This document shows positions 1 to 6,224 of a DNA stretch of 6,224 bases, in pieces. A program made the position numbers and the translations under genes. Position 1 is the first letter of the stretch. Every line of letters begins with the position of its first letter. The notes beneath the pieces are model-generated. The model saw only the letters and a program-made list of their open reading frames with translations. It did no database searches and was not told the DNA's origin. Source of the stretch: a virus (Duplodnaviria > Heunggongvirae > Uroviricota > Caudoviricetes); the IMG/VR virus record IMGVR_UViG_2778261252_000002, one strand, 5' to 3'.

Positions 1-402
1 ATGCTGAACGTGTCGCTGGCGCTGATGCTGGCACTGTCCCTGATTTACCCGCAGAGCGTGGCCGTCAGTTTTGTCGCTGCCTGGGCGATTCTGGCGACGG
101 TTATCTGTGTGGTTGCCGGTGGTGTCGGCGTTTATGCCACTGAGTATGTGCTGGAACGCTACGGGCGGGAGCTGCCGCCGGAGTCGCTGGCCGTGAAGAT
201 TGTCATGTCGCTGTTTTTGCAGCCAGTGCCGTGGTGCAGACGGGCGGCGGCTCTGGTGGTGATGGTGGCGACATTTATCTCGCTGGTCGCTGCCGGGTGG
301 ATTTTTACCGCGCTGATTTATCTCGTGGCGTCGGTGTTCTTCCGGCTGATACGTACGGCCTGCCGTCAACGTCTTGAGGGGCGGGAACCATGTCAAAGCT
401 GA
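1..402 (+). CDS. lysA: LysA-like multi-pass membrane protein (lysis timing / holin-associated); true start may lie upstream of the window
   Basis: Open frame from nt 1 to TGA at 400-402. The translation is dominated by hydrophobic stretches consistent with about 4 TM helices. It sits immediately upstream of, and overlaps by 13 nt, an Rz-like gene, as in the P2 lysA-lysB-lysC arrangement. Confidence 0.6.
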   Translation: MLNVSLALMLALSLIYPQSVAVSFVAAWAILATVICVVAGGVGVYATEYVLERYGRELPPESLAVKIVMSLFLQPVPWCRRAAALVVMVATFISLVAAGWIFTALIYLVASVFFRLIRTACRQRLEGREPCQS

Positions 403-815
403 TGATTGTGATGGTTGTGTTGTTATCGCTGGCGGTGGCGGGGCTGTTTCTGGCGAAGCATGAAAACGCCAGCCTGCGCGCCTCGCTGGACAGGGTGAAC
501 AACGTCGCCAGTGAACAGCAGACGACCATCACCATGCTGAAAAATCAGCTTCATGTTGCCCTCACCAGGGCAGACAAAAACGAGCTGGCGCAGGTGGCAC
601 TGCGTCAGGAACTGGAGAACGCCGCGAAGCGTGAAGCACAGCGCGAGAAAACCATCACGAGGTTACTTAATGAAAACGAAGATTTTCGCCGCTGGTACGG
701 CGCTGACCTGCCTGATGCTGTGCGCCGGTTGCACCAGCGCCCCGCCTGCACCGACGCCAGTGATTGTCCACAACGCCTGCCCGAAAGTGAGCCTTTGCCC
801 GATGCCGGGCAGTGA
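390..815 (+). CDS. lysB: Rz-like inner-membrane spanin (i-spanin), P2 LysB homolog
   Basis: 141-aa ORF with an N-terminal TM anchor ([19 protein letters not shown]), a charged Q/E/R/K/A-rich coiled-coil-like periplasmic region and a C-terminal [15 protein letters not shown] motif typical of Rz proteins. A GAGGGGCGGG Shine-Dalgarno-like stretch lies upstream of the ATG at 390. A lipoprotein gene is embedded in the +1 frame. Confidence 0.7.
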   Translation: MSKLMIVMVVLLSLAVAGLFLAKHENASLRASLDRVNNVASEQQTTITMLKNQLHVALTRADKNELAQVALRQELENAAKREAQREKTITRLLNENEDFRRWYGADLPDAVRRLHQRPACTDASDCPQRLPESEPLPDAGQ

Positions 816-1212
816 CCCGCAGACGAACGGTGATTTAAGTGCCGATAACCGTACCTGCTCTGATGATCCGCTGTTCATCTTTGAAAACTACACCCGCACC
901 GCGCAGGTGCTGGCCGACACGATGGCTGAGGCGCACATGTGGGCGGTGGACAAGCCCATCACCGCAACGCTGATTCGCGACATCGTTGACGGCATCAATG
1001 CCAAATTCCGTGAGCTGAAAACAAACGGCTATATCGTGGATGCGACCTGCTGGTTCAGCGAAGAATCCAACGATGCGGAAACCCTCAAGGCCGGAAAACT
1101 GTATATCGACTACGACTATACACCGGTGCCTCCTCTCGAAAACCTGACCCTGCGCCAGCGTATTACCGATAAATACCTGGCAAATCTGGTCACCTCGGTT
1201 AACAGCAATTAA
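670..1212 (+). CDS. Chimeric ORF: N-terminal ~60 aa of an Rz1-like outer-membrane lipoprotein spanin (LysC) fused in frame to a tail sheath (FI) C-terminal domain
   Basis: ATG at 670 is preceded by GAGG (659-662) and lies inside lysB in another frame. The N-terminus is [21 protein letters not shown], a signal peptide with a lipobox-like Cys, followed by a proline-rich segment ([11 protein letters not shown]...CPMPGSDPQ) characteristic of Rz1/LysC. From about codon 63 onward the sequence ([18 protein letters not shown]...[36 protein letters not shown]) is globular and unlike an o-spanin. It ends 12 nt before the tube gene with AAGGAG overlapping its stop, which is the position of the sheath gene 3' end. 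Confidence 0.55.
   Translation: MKTKIFAAGTALTCLMLCAGCTSAPPAPTPVIVHNACPKVSLCPMPGSDPQTNGDLSADNRTCSDDPLFIFENYTRTAQVLADTMAEAHMWAVDKPITATLIRDIVDGINAKFRELKTNGYIVDATCWFSEESNDAETLKAGKLYIDYDYTPVPPLENLTLRQRITDKYLANLVTSVNSN
856..1212 (+). pseudogene. FI: 3' fragment of contractile tail sheath gene (FI), C-terminal domain only; 5' boundary approximate (+/- ~15 nt)
   Basis: This is the only sheath-like coding sequence in the window, about 120 codons where a functional sheath needs about 390. It lies immediately upstream of FII with the typical short intergenic spacer. No start codon or RBS of its own; it is read in frame with the lysC 5' portion. Confidence 0.5.
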
Positions 1213-1216
1213 GGAG
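1211..1216 (+). promoter_or_regulatory. Shine-Dalgarno sequence (AAGGAG) for FII
   Basis: AAGGAG lies 8 nt upstream of the ATG at 1225 and overlaps the stop codon of the preceding ORF. Confidence 0.6.
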
Positions 1217-1224
1217 CCTGACCG

Positions 1225-1743
1225 ATGGCAATGCCGCGCAAACTCAAGTTAATGAACGTCTTTCTGAACGGCTACAGCTATCAGGGCGTTGCAAAGTCCG
1301 TCACGCTGCCAAAACTGACCCGTAAGCTCGAAAACTATCGCGGTGCGGGGATGAACGGCAGCGCACCGGTAGACCTCGGCCTTGATGACGATGCGCTGTC
1401 AATGGAGTGGTCGCTCGGTGGTTTCCCGGATTCGGTTATCTGGGAGCTTTACGCAGCAACCGGTGTGGATGCCGTGCCGATTCGTTTTGCAGGCTCTTAC
1501 CAGCGCGACGATACCGGCGAAACGGTGGCCGTCGAGGTAGTCATGCGTGGACGTCAGAAAGAAATCGACACCGGAGAGGGTAAACAGGGAGAAGACACCG
1601 AGTCGAAAATCTCCGTGGTCTGCACCTATTTCCGGCTGACGATGGACGGTAAGGAGCTGGTCGAAATCGACACCATCAACATGATTGAGAAGGTGAACGG
1701 CGTCGACCGGCTGGAGCAACACCGCCGCAATATCGGCCTGTGA
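1225..1743 (+). CDS. FII: Contractile tail tube protein (P2 gpFII homolog)
   Basis: 172-aa ORF with a strong RBS. It sits directly upstream of the E/E'-T-U-D cluster. The length matches the P2 tube protein as I recall it, and the N-terminus MAMPRKLKLMNVFLNGYSYQGVAKSVTLPKLTRKLENYRGAGMNG looks tube-like. Confidence 0.85.
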   Translation: MAMPRKLKLMNVFLNGYSYQGVAKSVTLPKLTRKLENYRGAGMNGSAPVDLGLDDDALSMEWSLGGFPDSVIWELYAATGVDAVPIRFAGSYQRDDTGETVAVEVVMRGRQKEIDTGEGKQGEDTESKISVVCTYFRLTMDGKELVEIDTINMIEKVNGVDRLEQHRRNIGL

Positions 1744-1750
1744 TTTTCAT

Positions 1751-1771
1751 CCGGTCAGCCAGGCTGACCGG
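1751..1771 (+). repeat. Perfect 10-bp inverted repeat (CCGGTCAGCC A GGCTGACCGG) in the FII-E intergenic region; potential RNA hairpin or partial terminator
   Basis: Read directly from the sequence: 1751-1760 is the exact reverse complement of 1762-1771. It lies 8 nt after the FII stop and is not followed by a U-tract. Confidence 0.5.
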
Positions 1772-1799
1772 TTAACCCTGATTCAGAAGTGAGAAAACC

Positions 1800-2075
1800 A
1801 TGAACAAAGAAAATGTGATTACCCTGGACAATCCGGTCAAGCGTGGTGAGCAGGTTATCGAACAGGTCACGCTGATGAAACCCAATGCCGGGACGCTGCG
1901 CGGTGTCAGTCTGGCTGCGGTCGCGAACTCCGAAGTCGATGCACTGATTAAAGTGCTGCCGCGCATGACGGCACCGATGCTGACCGAACAGGAGGTCGCC
2001 GCGCTGGAACTGCCTGACCTTGTGGCGCTGGCCGGTAAGGTGGTCGGTTTTTTGTCGCCGAACTCGGTGCAGTGA
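1800..2075 (+). CDS. E: Tail assembly chaperone gpE (unshifted product)
   Basis: 91-aa ORF between the tube and tape measure genes. It contains the T_TTT_TTG slippery heptamer near its 3' end. This is the equivalent of lambda G and P2 E. Confidence 0.85.
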   Translation: MNKENVITLDNPVKRGEQVIEQVTLMKPNAGTLRGVSLAAVANSEVDALIKVLPRMTAPMLTEQEVAALELPDLVALAGKVVGFLSPNSVQ

Positions 2076-2227
2076 CGTTTCCGAAAAATCTCTCGGTCGA
2101 TGACCTGATGGCGGATGTGGCAGTGATATTTCACTGGCCGCCATCAGAACTGTATCCCATGAGCCTGACCGAACTCATCACATGGCGCGAAAAGGCGCTC
2201 CGGCGAAGCGGAAACACGAATGAGTAA
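1800..2227 (+). CDS. E': Tail assembly chaperone gpE+E', made by a programmed -1 ribosomal frameshift at 2048-2054; about 142 aa
   Basis: The -1 frame is open from 2054 to TAA at 2225-2227 and encodes VAELGAVTFPKNLSVDDLMADVAVIFHWPPSELYPMSLTELITWREKALRRSGNTNE. This frame has no start codon of its own and overlaps the T start by 8 nt. This is the architecture described for P2 E/E' and lambda G/GT. Confidence 0.75.
2048..2054 (+). promoter_or_regulatory. Slippery heptamer T_TTT_TTG (X_XXY_YYZ) for the -1 programmed frameshift
   Basis: In the E frame the codons are GGT TTT TTG (2046-2054). The six-T run followed by G is in the correct zero-frame phase for tandem tRNA slippage. Confidence 0.75.
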
Positions 2228-4667
2228 CAATGTAAAATTACAGGTATTGCTCAGGGCTGTTGACCAGGCATCCCGCCCGTTTAAATCCATCCGCACAGCG
2301 AGCAAATCGCTGTCGGGGGATATCCGGGAAACACAAAAATCACTGCGCGAGCTGAACGGTCACGCATCCCGTATTGAGGGATTCCGCAAGACCAGTGCAC
2401 AGCTCGCCGTGACTGGTCAGGAACTGAAAAAAGCCAGACAGGAAGCCGCAGCTCTGGCTGTCCAGTTTAAAAATACTGAACGACCGACAAATGCACAGGC
2501 AAAGGCAATGGAAGCCGCGCGTAAAAATGCGTCTGAGTTACAGGTGAAATATAACAGCCTGAGATTGTCGGTACAGCGCCAGCGTCAGGAATTGAGTCAG
2601 GCGGGTATTAATACCCGTAATCTGGCGCATGATGAACGAGGACTGAAAAACCGTATCAGTGAAACCACCGCACAGCTTAACCGGCAGCGTGACGCGCTGG
2701 CGCGTGTCAGTGCACAACAGGCAAAACTTAACGCAGTAAAACAGCGTTATCAGGCCGGAAAGGAACTGGCCGGAAATATGGCCTCGGTGGGCGCTGCCGG
2801 TGTGGGGATTGCGGCGGCGGGAACGATGGCCGGAGTTAAGCTGCTGATGCCCGGTTATGAGTTTGCGCAGAAAAACTCAGAATTGCAGGCCGTGCTCGGT
2901 GTGGCAAAAGACTCCACCGAAATGGCTGCACTACGCAAGCAGGCGCGTCAGCTCGGCGACAATACCGCAGCCTCGGCAGATGATGCAGCTGGTGCGCAGA
3001 TTATTATTGCGAAAGCCGGTGGGGATGTTGATGCCATTCAGGCGGCAACGCCGGTCACGCTGAATATGGCGCTGGCGAACCGTCGCACAATGGAAGAAAA
3101 CGCCGCCCTGCTGATGGGGATGAAATCCGCCTTTCAGCTTTCAAACGATAAGGTCGCTCATATCGGGGATGTTCTCTCCATGACGATGAACAAAACCGCC
3201 GCTGATTTTGACGGCATGAGCGATGCGCTGACCTATACCGCACCAGTGGCAAAAAATGCCGGTGTCAGCATTGAAGAAACCGCCGCAATGGTCGGGGCGC
3301 TGCATGATGCAAAAATCACAGGCTCAATGGCGGGGACGGGAAGCCGTGCCGTGTTAAGCCGCCTGCAGGCACCGACGGGAAAAGCATGGGATGCACTCAA
3401 AGAGCTTGGTGTGAAAACCTCAGACAGCAAGGGAAACACCCGACCAGTATTTACCATTCTGAAAGAAATGCAGGCCAGTTTTGAGAAAAACCGGCTCGGT
3501 ACTGCCCAGCAGGCTGAATACATGAAAACCATTTTCGGGGAGGAGGCCAGTTCAGCCGCCGCCGTGCTGATGACTGCCGCCTCAACCGGAAAGCTGGACA
3601 AACTGACCGCTGCGTTTAAAGCCTCAGACGGAAAGACCGCAGAGCTGGTAAATATCATGCAGGACAACCTCGGCGGTGAATTTAAGGAGTTTCAGTCCGC
3701 TTATGAGGCGGTGGGGACTGACCTGTTTGACCAGCAGGAAGGCGCACTGCGTAAGCTCACGCAGACGGCCACAAAGTATGTGTTAAAACTCGACGGCTGG
3801 ATCCAGAAAAACAAATCACTGGCGTCAACCATCGGCCTCATTGTCGGTGGCGCGCTGGCGCTTATTGGCATCATCGGTGCCATTGGTCTGGTAGCCTGGC
3901 CGGTTATCACCGGCATCAATGCCATCATCGCGGCAGCAGGCGCAATGGGGGCAATCTTCACGACGGTTGGCAGTGCTGTTATGACCGCCATCGGGGCGAT
4001 TAGCTGGCCGGTTGTGGCCGTGGTGGCCGCAATTGTCGCCGGGGCGTTGCTTATCCGTAAATACTGGGAGCCTGTCAGCGCATTCTTTGGCGGTGTGGTT
4101 GAAGGGCTGAAAGTGGCATTTGCGCCGGTGGGGGAACTGTTCACGCCACTTAAGCCGGTGTTTGACTGGCTGGGTGAAAAGTTACAGGCCGCGTGGCAGT
4201 GGTTTAAAAACCTGATTGCCCCGGTCAAAGCCACTCAGGACACCCTGAACAGTTGCCGTGACACGGGGGTCATGTTCGGGCAGGCACTGGCTGACGCGCT
4301 GATGCTGCCGCTTAATGTGTTCAACAAACTGCGCAGCGGTATTGACTGGGTACTGGAAAAACTCGGCGTCATCAACAAAGAGTCTGACGCACTTGACCAG
4401 ACTGCCGCCAGAACTCATGCCGCCACGTATGGCACAGGTGATTATATTCCGGCGACCGGCTCTTATGCGGGGTATCAGGCTTACCAGCCGGTCACGGCAC
4501 CGGCTGGCCGCTCTTATGTGGACCAGAGTAAAAACGAATATCACATCAATCTGACGGGCGGTACTGCGCCGGGGACACAGCTCGACCGCCATTTACAGGA
4601 TGCGCTCGAAAAATACGAGCGGGATAAACGTGCGCGCGCCCGTGCCAGCATGATGCATGACGGTTAA
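2220..4667 (+). CDS. T: Tail tape measure protein (P2 gpT homolog)
   Basis: 815-aa ORF. The N-terminal third is rich in Q/R/K/A/E heptad-like sequence (coiled coil), there is a central Gly/Ala/Ile-rich hydrophobic block, and it sits immediately downstream of the frameshifted chaperone. This position and composition are canonical for a tape measure protein. Confidence 0.9.
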   Translation: MSNNVKLQVLLRAVDQASRPFKSIRTASKSLSGDIRETQKSLRELNGHASRIEGFRKTSAQLAVTGQELKKARQEAAALAVQFKNTERPTNAQAKAMEAARKNASELQVKYNSLRLSVQRQRQELSQAGINTRNLAHDERGLKNRISETTAQLNRQRDALARVSAQQAKLNAVKQRYQAGKELAGNMASVGAAGVGIAAAGTMAGVKLLMPGYEFAQKNSELQAVLGVAKDSTEMAALRKQARQLGDNTAASADDAAGAQIIIAKAGGDVDAIQAATPVTLNMALANRRTMEENAALLMGMKSAFQLSNDKVAHIGDVLSMTMNKTAADFDGMSDALTYTAPVAKNAGVSIEETAAMVGALHDAKITGSMAGTGSRAVLSRLQAPTGKAWDALKELGVKTSDSKGNTRPVFTILKEMQASFEKNRLGTAQQAEYMKTIFGEEASSAAAVLMTAASTGKLDKLTAAFKASDGKTAELVNIMQDNLGGEFKEFQSAYEAVGTDLFDQQEGALRKLTQTATKYVLKLDGWIQKNKSLASTIGLIVGGALALIGIIGAIGLVAWPVITGINAIIAAAGAMGAIFTTVGSAVMTAIGAISWPVVAVVAAIVAGALLIRKYWEPVSAFFGGVVEGLKVAFAPVGELFTPLKPVFDWLGEKLQAAWQWFKNLIAPVKATQDTLNSCRDTGVMFGQALADALMLPLNVFNKLRSGIDWVLEKLGVINKESDALDQTAARTHAATYGTGDYIPATGSYAGYQAYQPVTAPAGRSYVDQSKNEYHINLTGGTAPGTQLDRHLQDALEKYERDKRARARASMMHDG

Positions 4668-4675
4668 GGAGGTGA
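4666..4675 (+). promoter_or_regulatory. Shine-Dalgarno sequence (AAGGAGGTGA) for U
   Basis: A near-consensus SD lies 8 nt upstream of the ATG at 4682 and overlaps the T stop codon. Confidence 0.6.
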
Positions 4676-4681
4676 CGAAAA

Positions 4682-5161
4682 ATGATGCTCGCGTTAGGTA
4701 TGTTTGTTTTTATGCGCCAGACGCTGCCACACCAGACCATGCAGCGTGAATCAGATTATCGCTGGCCGTCAAATTCCCGTATCGGTAAACGGGACGCCTA
4801 CCAGTTTCTCGGTGTGGGTGAGGAAAACATCACGCTTGCCGGTGTGCTTTATCCAGAACTGACCGGCGGCAAGCTGACGATGACCACGCTCAGGCTGATG
4901 GCAGAGGAAGGCCGGGCGTGGCCGTTGCTGGATGGCACCGGCATGATTTACGGCATGTATGTCATCAGCAGGGTGAGTGAAACAGGGAGTATTTTCTTTG
5001 CAGACGGCACACCCCGGAAAATTGATTTTACGTTGTCGCTCACCCGCGTTGATGAATCACTGGCCGCGCTTTATGGCGATATCGGTAAACAGGCGGAATC
5101 GCTCATCGGTAAGGCTGGCAGTATGGCGACTAAATTCACGGGTATGACGGGGGCGGGATAA
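4682..5161 (+). CDS. U: Tail protein gpU (tail tube terminator / tail completion-like)
   Basis: 159-aa ORF with a strong RBS between the tape measure and D genes. Its stop overlaps the D start as TAATG. Size and position match P2 gpU. Confidence 0.85.
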   Translation: MMLALGMFVFMRQTLPHQTMQRESDYRWPSNSRIGKRDAYQFLGVGEENITLAGVLYPELTGGKLTMTTLRLMAEEGRAWPLLDGTGMIYGMYVISRVSETGSIFFADGTPRKIDFTLSLTRVDESLAALYGDIGKQAESLIGKAGSMATKFTGMTGAG

Positions 5162-6224
5162 TGCTGGACGCGCTGACATTTGATGCAGGCAGTACGCTGA
5201 CGCCGGATTACATGCTGATGCTCGACAGCAGGGATATTACCGGCAATATCAGCGACCGTCTGATGAGCATGACCCTGACGGATAACCGGGGCTTTGAGGC
5301 TGACCAGCTTGATATTGAACTGAACGATGCCGACGGGCAGGTCGGGCTGCCGGTTCGTGGCGCTGTCCTGACGGTGTATATCGGCTGGAAAGGTTTTGCC
5401 CTGGTATGCAAAGGGAAATTTACCGTTGATGAGGTTGAACACCGGGGCGCACCGGATGTGGTCACCATCCGCGCCCGGAGTGCAGATTTCCGCGGGACGC
5501 TCAATTCCCGCCGTGAAGGCTCCTGGCATGACACCACGCTCGGTGCGATTGTTGAGGCGATAGCCTCCCGTAACAGACTGGAAGCCAGTGTCGCTCCGTC
5601 ACTGGCCGGAATTAAAATCCCGCACATCGACCAGTCGCAGGAGTCTGATGCGAAATTCCTGACCCGTCTTGCAGAACGCAACGGCGGTGAGGTGTCGGTA
5701 AAAATGGGAAAACTGCTGTTTCTCAAAGCGGGGCAGGGGGTGACTGCCAGCGGTAAAAAAATCCCGCAGATTACCATCACCCGCAGCGACGGTGACCGTC
5801 ATCATTTTGCGATTGCTGACCGTGGCGCCTATACCGGCGTAACGGCAAAGTGGTTACACACCAAAGACCCGAAGCCACAAAAGCAGAAGGTAAAACTGAA
5901 ACGCAAAAAGAAAGAGAAACACCTGCGCGCACTGGAGCACCCGAAAGCGAAACCAGTCACGCAGAAGAAAGCGCCAAAAGTACCGGAAGCACGCGAAGGT
6001 GAATACATGGCTGGTGAGGCTGACAACGTTTTTGCCCTGACCACGGTATATGCCACGAAAGCGCAGGCCATGCGCGCCGCTCAGGCGAAGTGGGATAAGC
6101 TGCAACGGGGCGTTGCGGAGTTCTCCATCAGTCTGGCTACTGGTCGGGCAGATATTTACACGGAAACGCCGGTCAAAGTGTCAGGCTTTAAGCGCGTCAT
6201 AGACGAGCAGGACTGGACAATCAC
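5161..6224 (+). CDS. D: Tail/baseplate hub protein gpD (late control gene D; gp27/VgrG-N-terminal-like), 3'-truncated by the window edge
   Basis: The frame is open from ATG 5161 to the end of the window (354 codons, no stop), which I checked by manual translation. The N-terminus is MLDALTFDAGSTLTPDYMLMLDSRDITGNISDRLMSMTLTDNRGFEADQLDIELNDADGQ. It is translationally coupled to U. It is absent from the supplied ORF track only because it has no in-window stop. Confidence 0.85.
   Translation, partial: MLDALTFDAGSTLTPDYMLMLDSRDITGNISDRLMSMTLTDNRGFEADQLDIELNDADGQVGLPVRGAVLTVYIGWKGFALVCKGKFTVDEVEHRGAPDVVTIRARSADFRGTLNSRREGSWHDTTLGAIVEAIASRNRLEASVAPSLAGIKIPHIDQSQESDAKFLTRLAERNGGEVSVKMGKLLFLKAGQGVTASGKKIPQITITRSDGDRHHFAIADRGAYTGVTAKWLHTKDPKPQKQKVKLKRKKKEKHLRALEHPKAKPVTQKKAPKVPEAREGEYMAGEADNVFALTTVYATKAQAMRAAQAKWDKLQRGVAEFSISLATGRADIYTETPVKVSGFKRVIDEQDWTI

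Noticed and set aside
553-669. The 5' extension of the track ORF 553-1212 ([15 protein letters not shown]...) upstream of the ATG at 670
   Set aside because: This is simply the open alternative frame inside lysB. The first ATG with an SD (GAGG at 659-662) and a signal-peptide N-terminus is at 670, so the 553 start is an ORF-finder artefact.
305-878. Minus-strand ORFs 305-535 and 663-878 opposite lysA/lysB/lysC
   Set aside because: Antisense shadows within the overlapping lysis gene cluster.
1751-1771. The FII-E palindrome as a canonical rho-independent terminator
   Set aside because: The stem is GC-rich and perfect, but it is followed by TTAACCC rather than a U-tract. I therefore report it only as a hairpin or possible partial terminator.
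1399-2144. Minus-strand ORFs 1399-1722, 1755-2144 and 1772-2134 opposite FII and E
   Set aside because: Antisense to strongly supported tube and chaperone genes; no start-site context and no recognisable domains.
2857-3063. Plus-strand internal ORFs 2857-3063 and 4315-4554 in alternative frames inside T
   Set aside because: Short, Arg/Pro-rich out-of-frame translations inside a long conserved gene. There is no RBS and no reason to invoke overlapping genes.
3233-4592. Minus-strand ORFs 3233-3667 (144 aa), 3701-4234 (177 aa) and 4182-4592 (136 aa) antisense to the tape measure gene
   Set aside because: They lie entirely within the well-supported 815-aa T coding region. Their translations are low-complexity (Ala/Thr/Pro/Ser-rich), with no RBS context. 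These are typical antisense shadow ORFs of a GC-rich gene.
5755-5761. A7 homopolymer run in gene D as a possible second frameshift or phase-variation site
   Set aside because: The zero frame continues uninterrupted with protein-like sequence to the window end. The run simply encodes Lys-Lys within a lysine-rich region.
5071-6105. Minus-strand ORFs 5071-5529, 5208-5780, 5599-5805, 5829-6071 and 5854-6105 antisense to U and D
   Set aside because: They overlap each other in multiple frames opposite a continuous + strand gene (D, which I translated manually without stops). The peptides are compositionally odd (Cys/Phe/Arg-rich) and there is no independent support.
1-6224. Novel defence/toxin cargo, CRISPR array, tRNA/att site or IS element
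   Set aside because: Every stretch of the window is accounted for by recognisable P2-type lysis and tail genes with short intergenic spacers. There are no direct-repeat/spacer arrays, no tRNA-like cloverleaf candidates and no terminal inverted repeats of an IS. I could not support any such call from the sequence.

Overview
The whole window reads on the + strand as part of a P2-like (Peduovirus-type) prophage or phage late region from an enterobacterial host. It holds the lysis accessory genes lysA-lysB-lysC, followed by the tail core genes FII (tube), E/E' (frameshifted chaperone), T (tape measure), U and D (hub, running off the 3' edge). The gene order, the overlaps, the T_TTT_TTG slippery site, and protein lengths that match what I recall for P2 (FII 172 aa, E 91 aa, E+E' 142 aa, T 815 aa, U 159 aa) make this assignment fairly secure, but no database search was possible. 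The most notable observation is an apparent deletion scar: the lysC (Rz1-like o-spanin) reading frame does not stop where expected and instead continues in frame into what looks like the C-terminal ~120 aa of the tail sheath gene FI, directly upstream of FII. In P2 the genes R, S, V, W, J, I, H, G and most of FI lie between lysC and FII, so this would be a defective prophage keeping an orphaned but intact tail-core module. I see no tRNA, rRNA, CRISPR array, IS element or non-phage cargo gene, and no evidence of a novel defence or toxin system in this window. All minus-strand ORFs in the track look like antisense shadows of the + strand genes.
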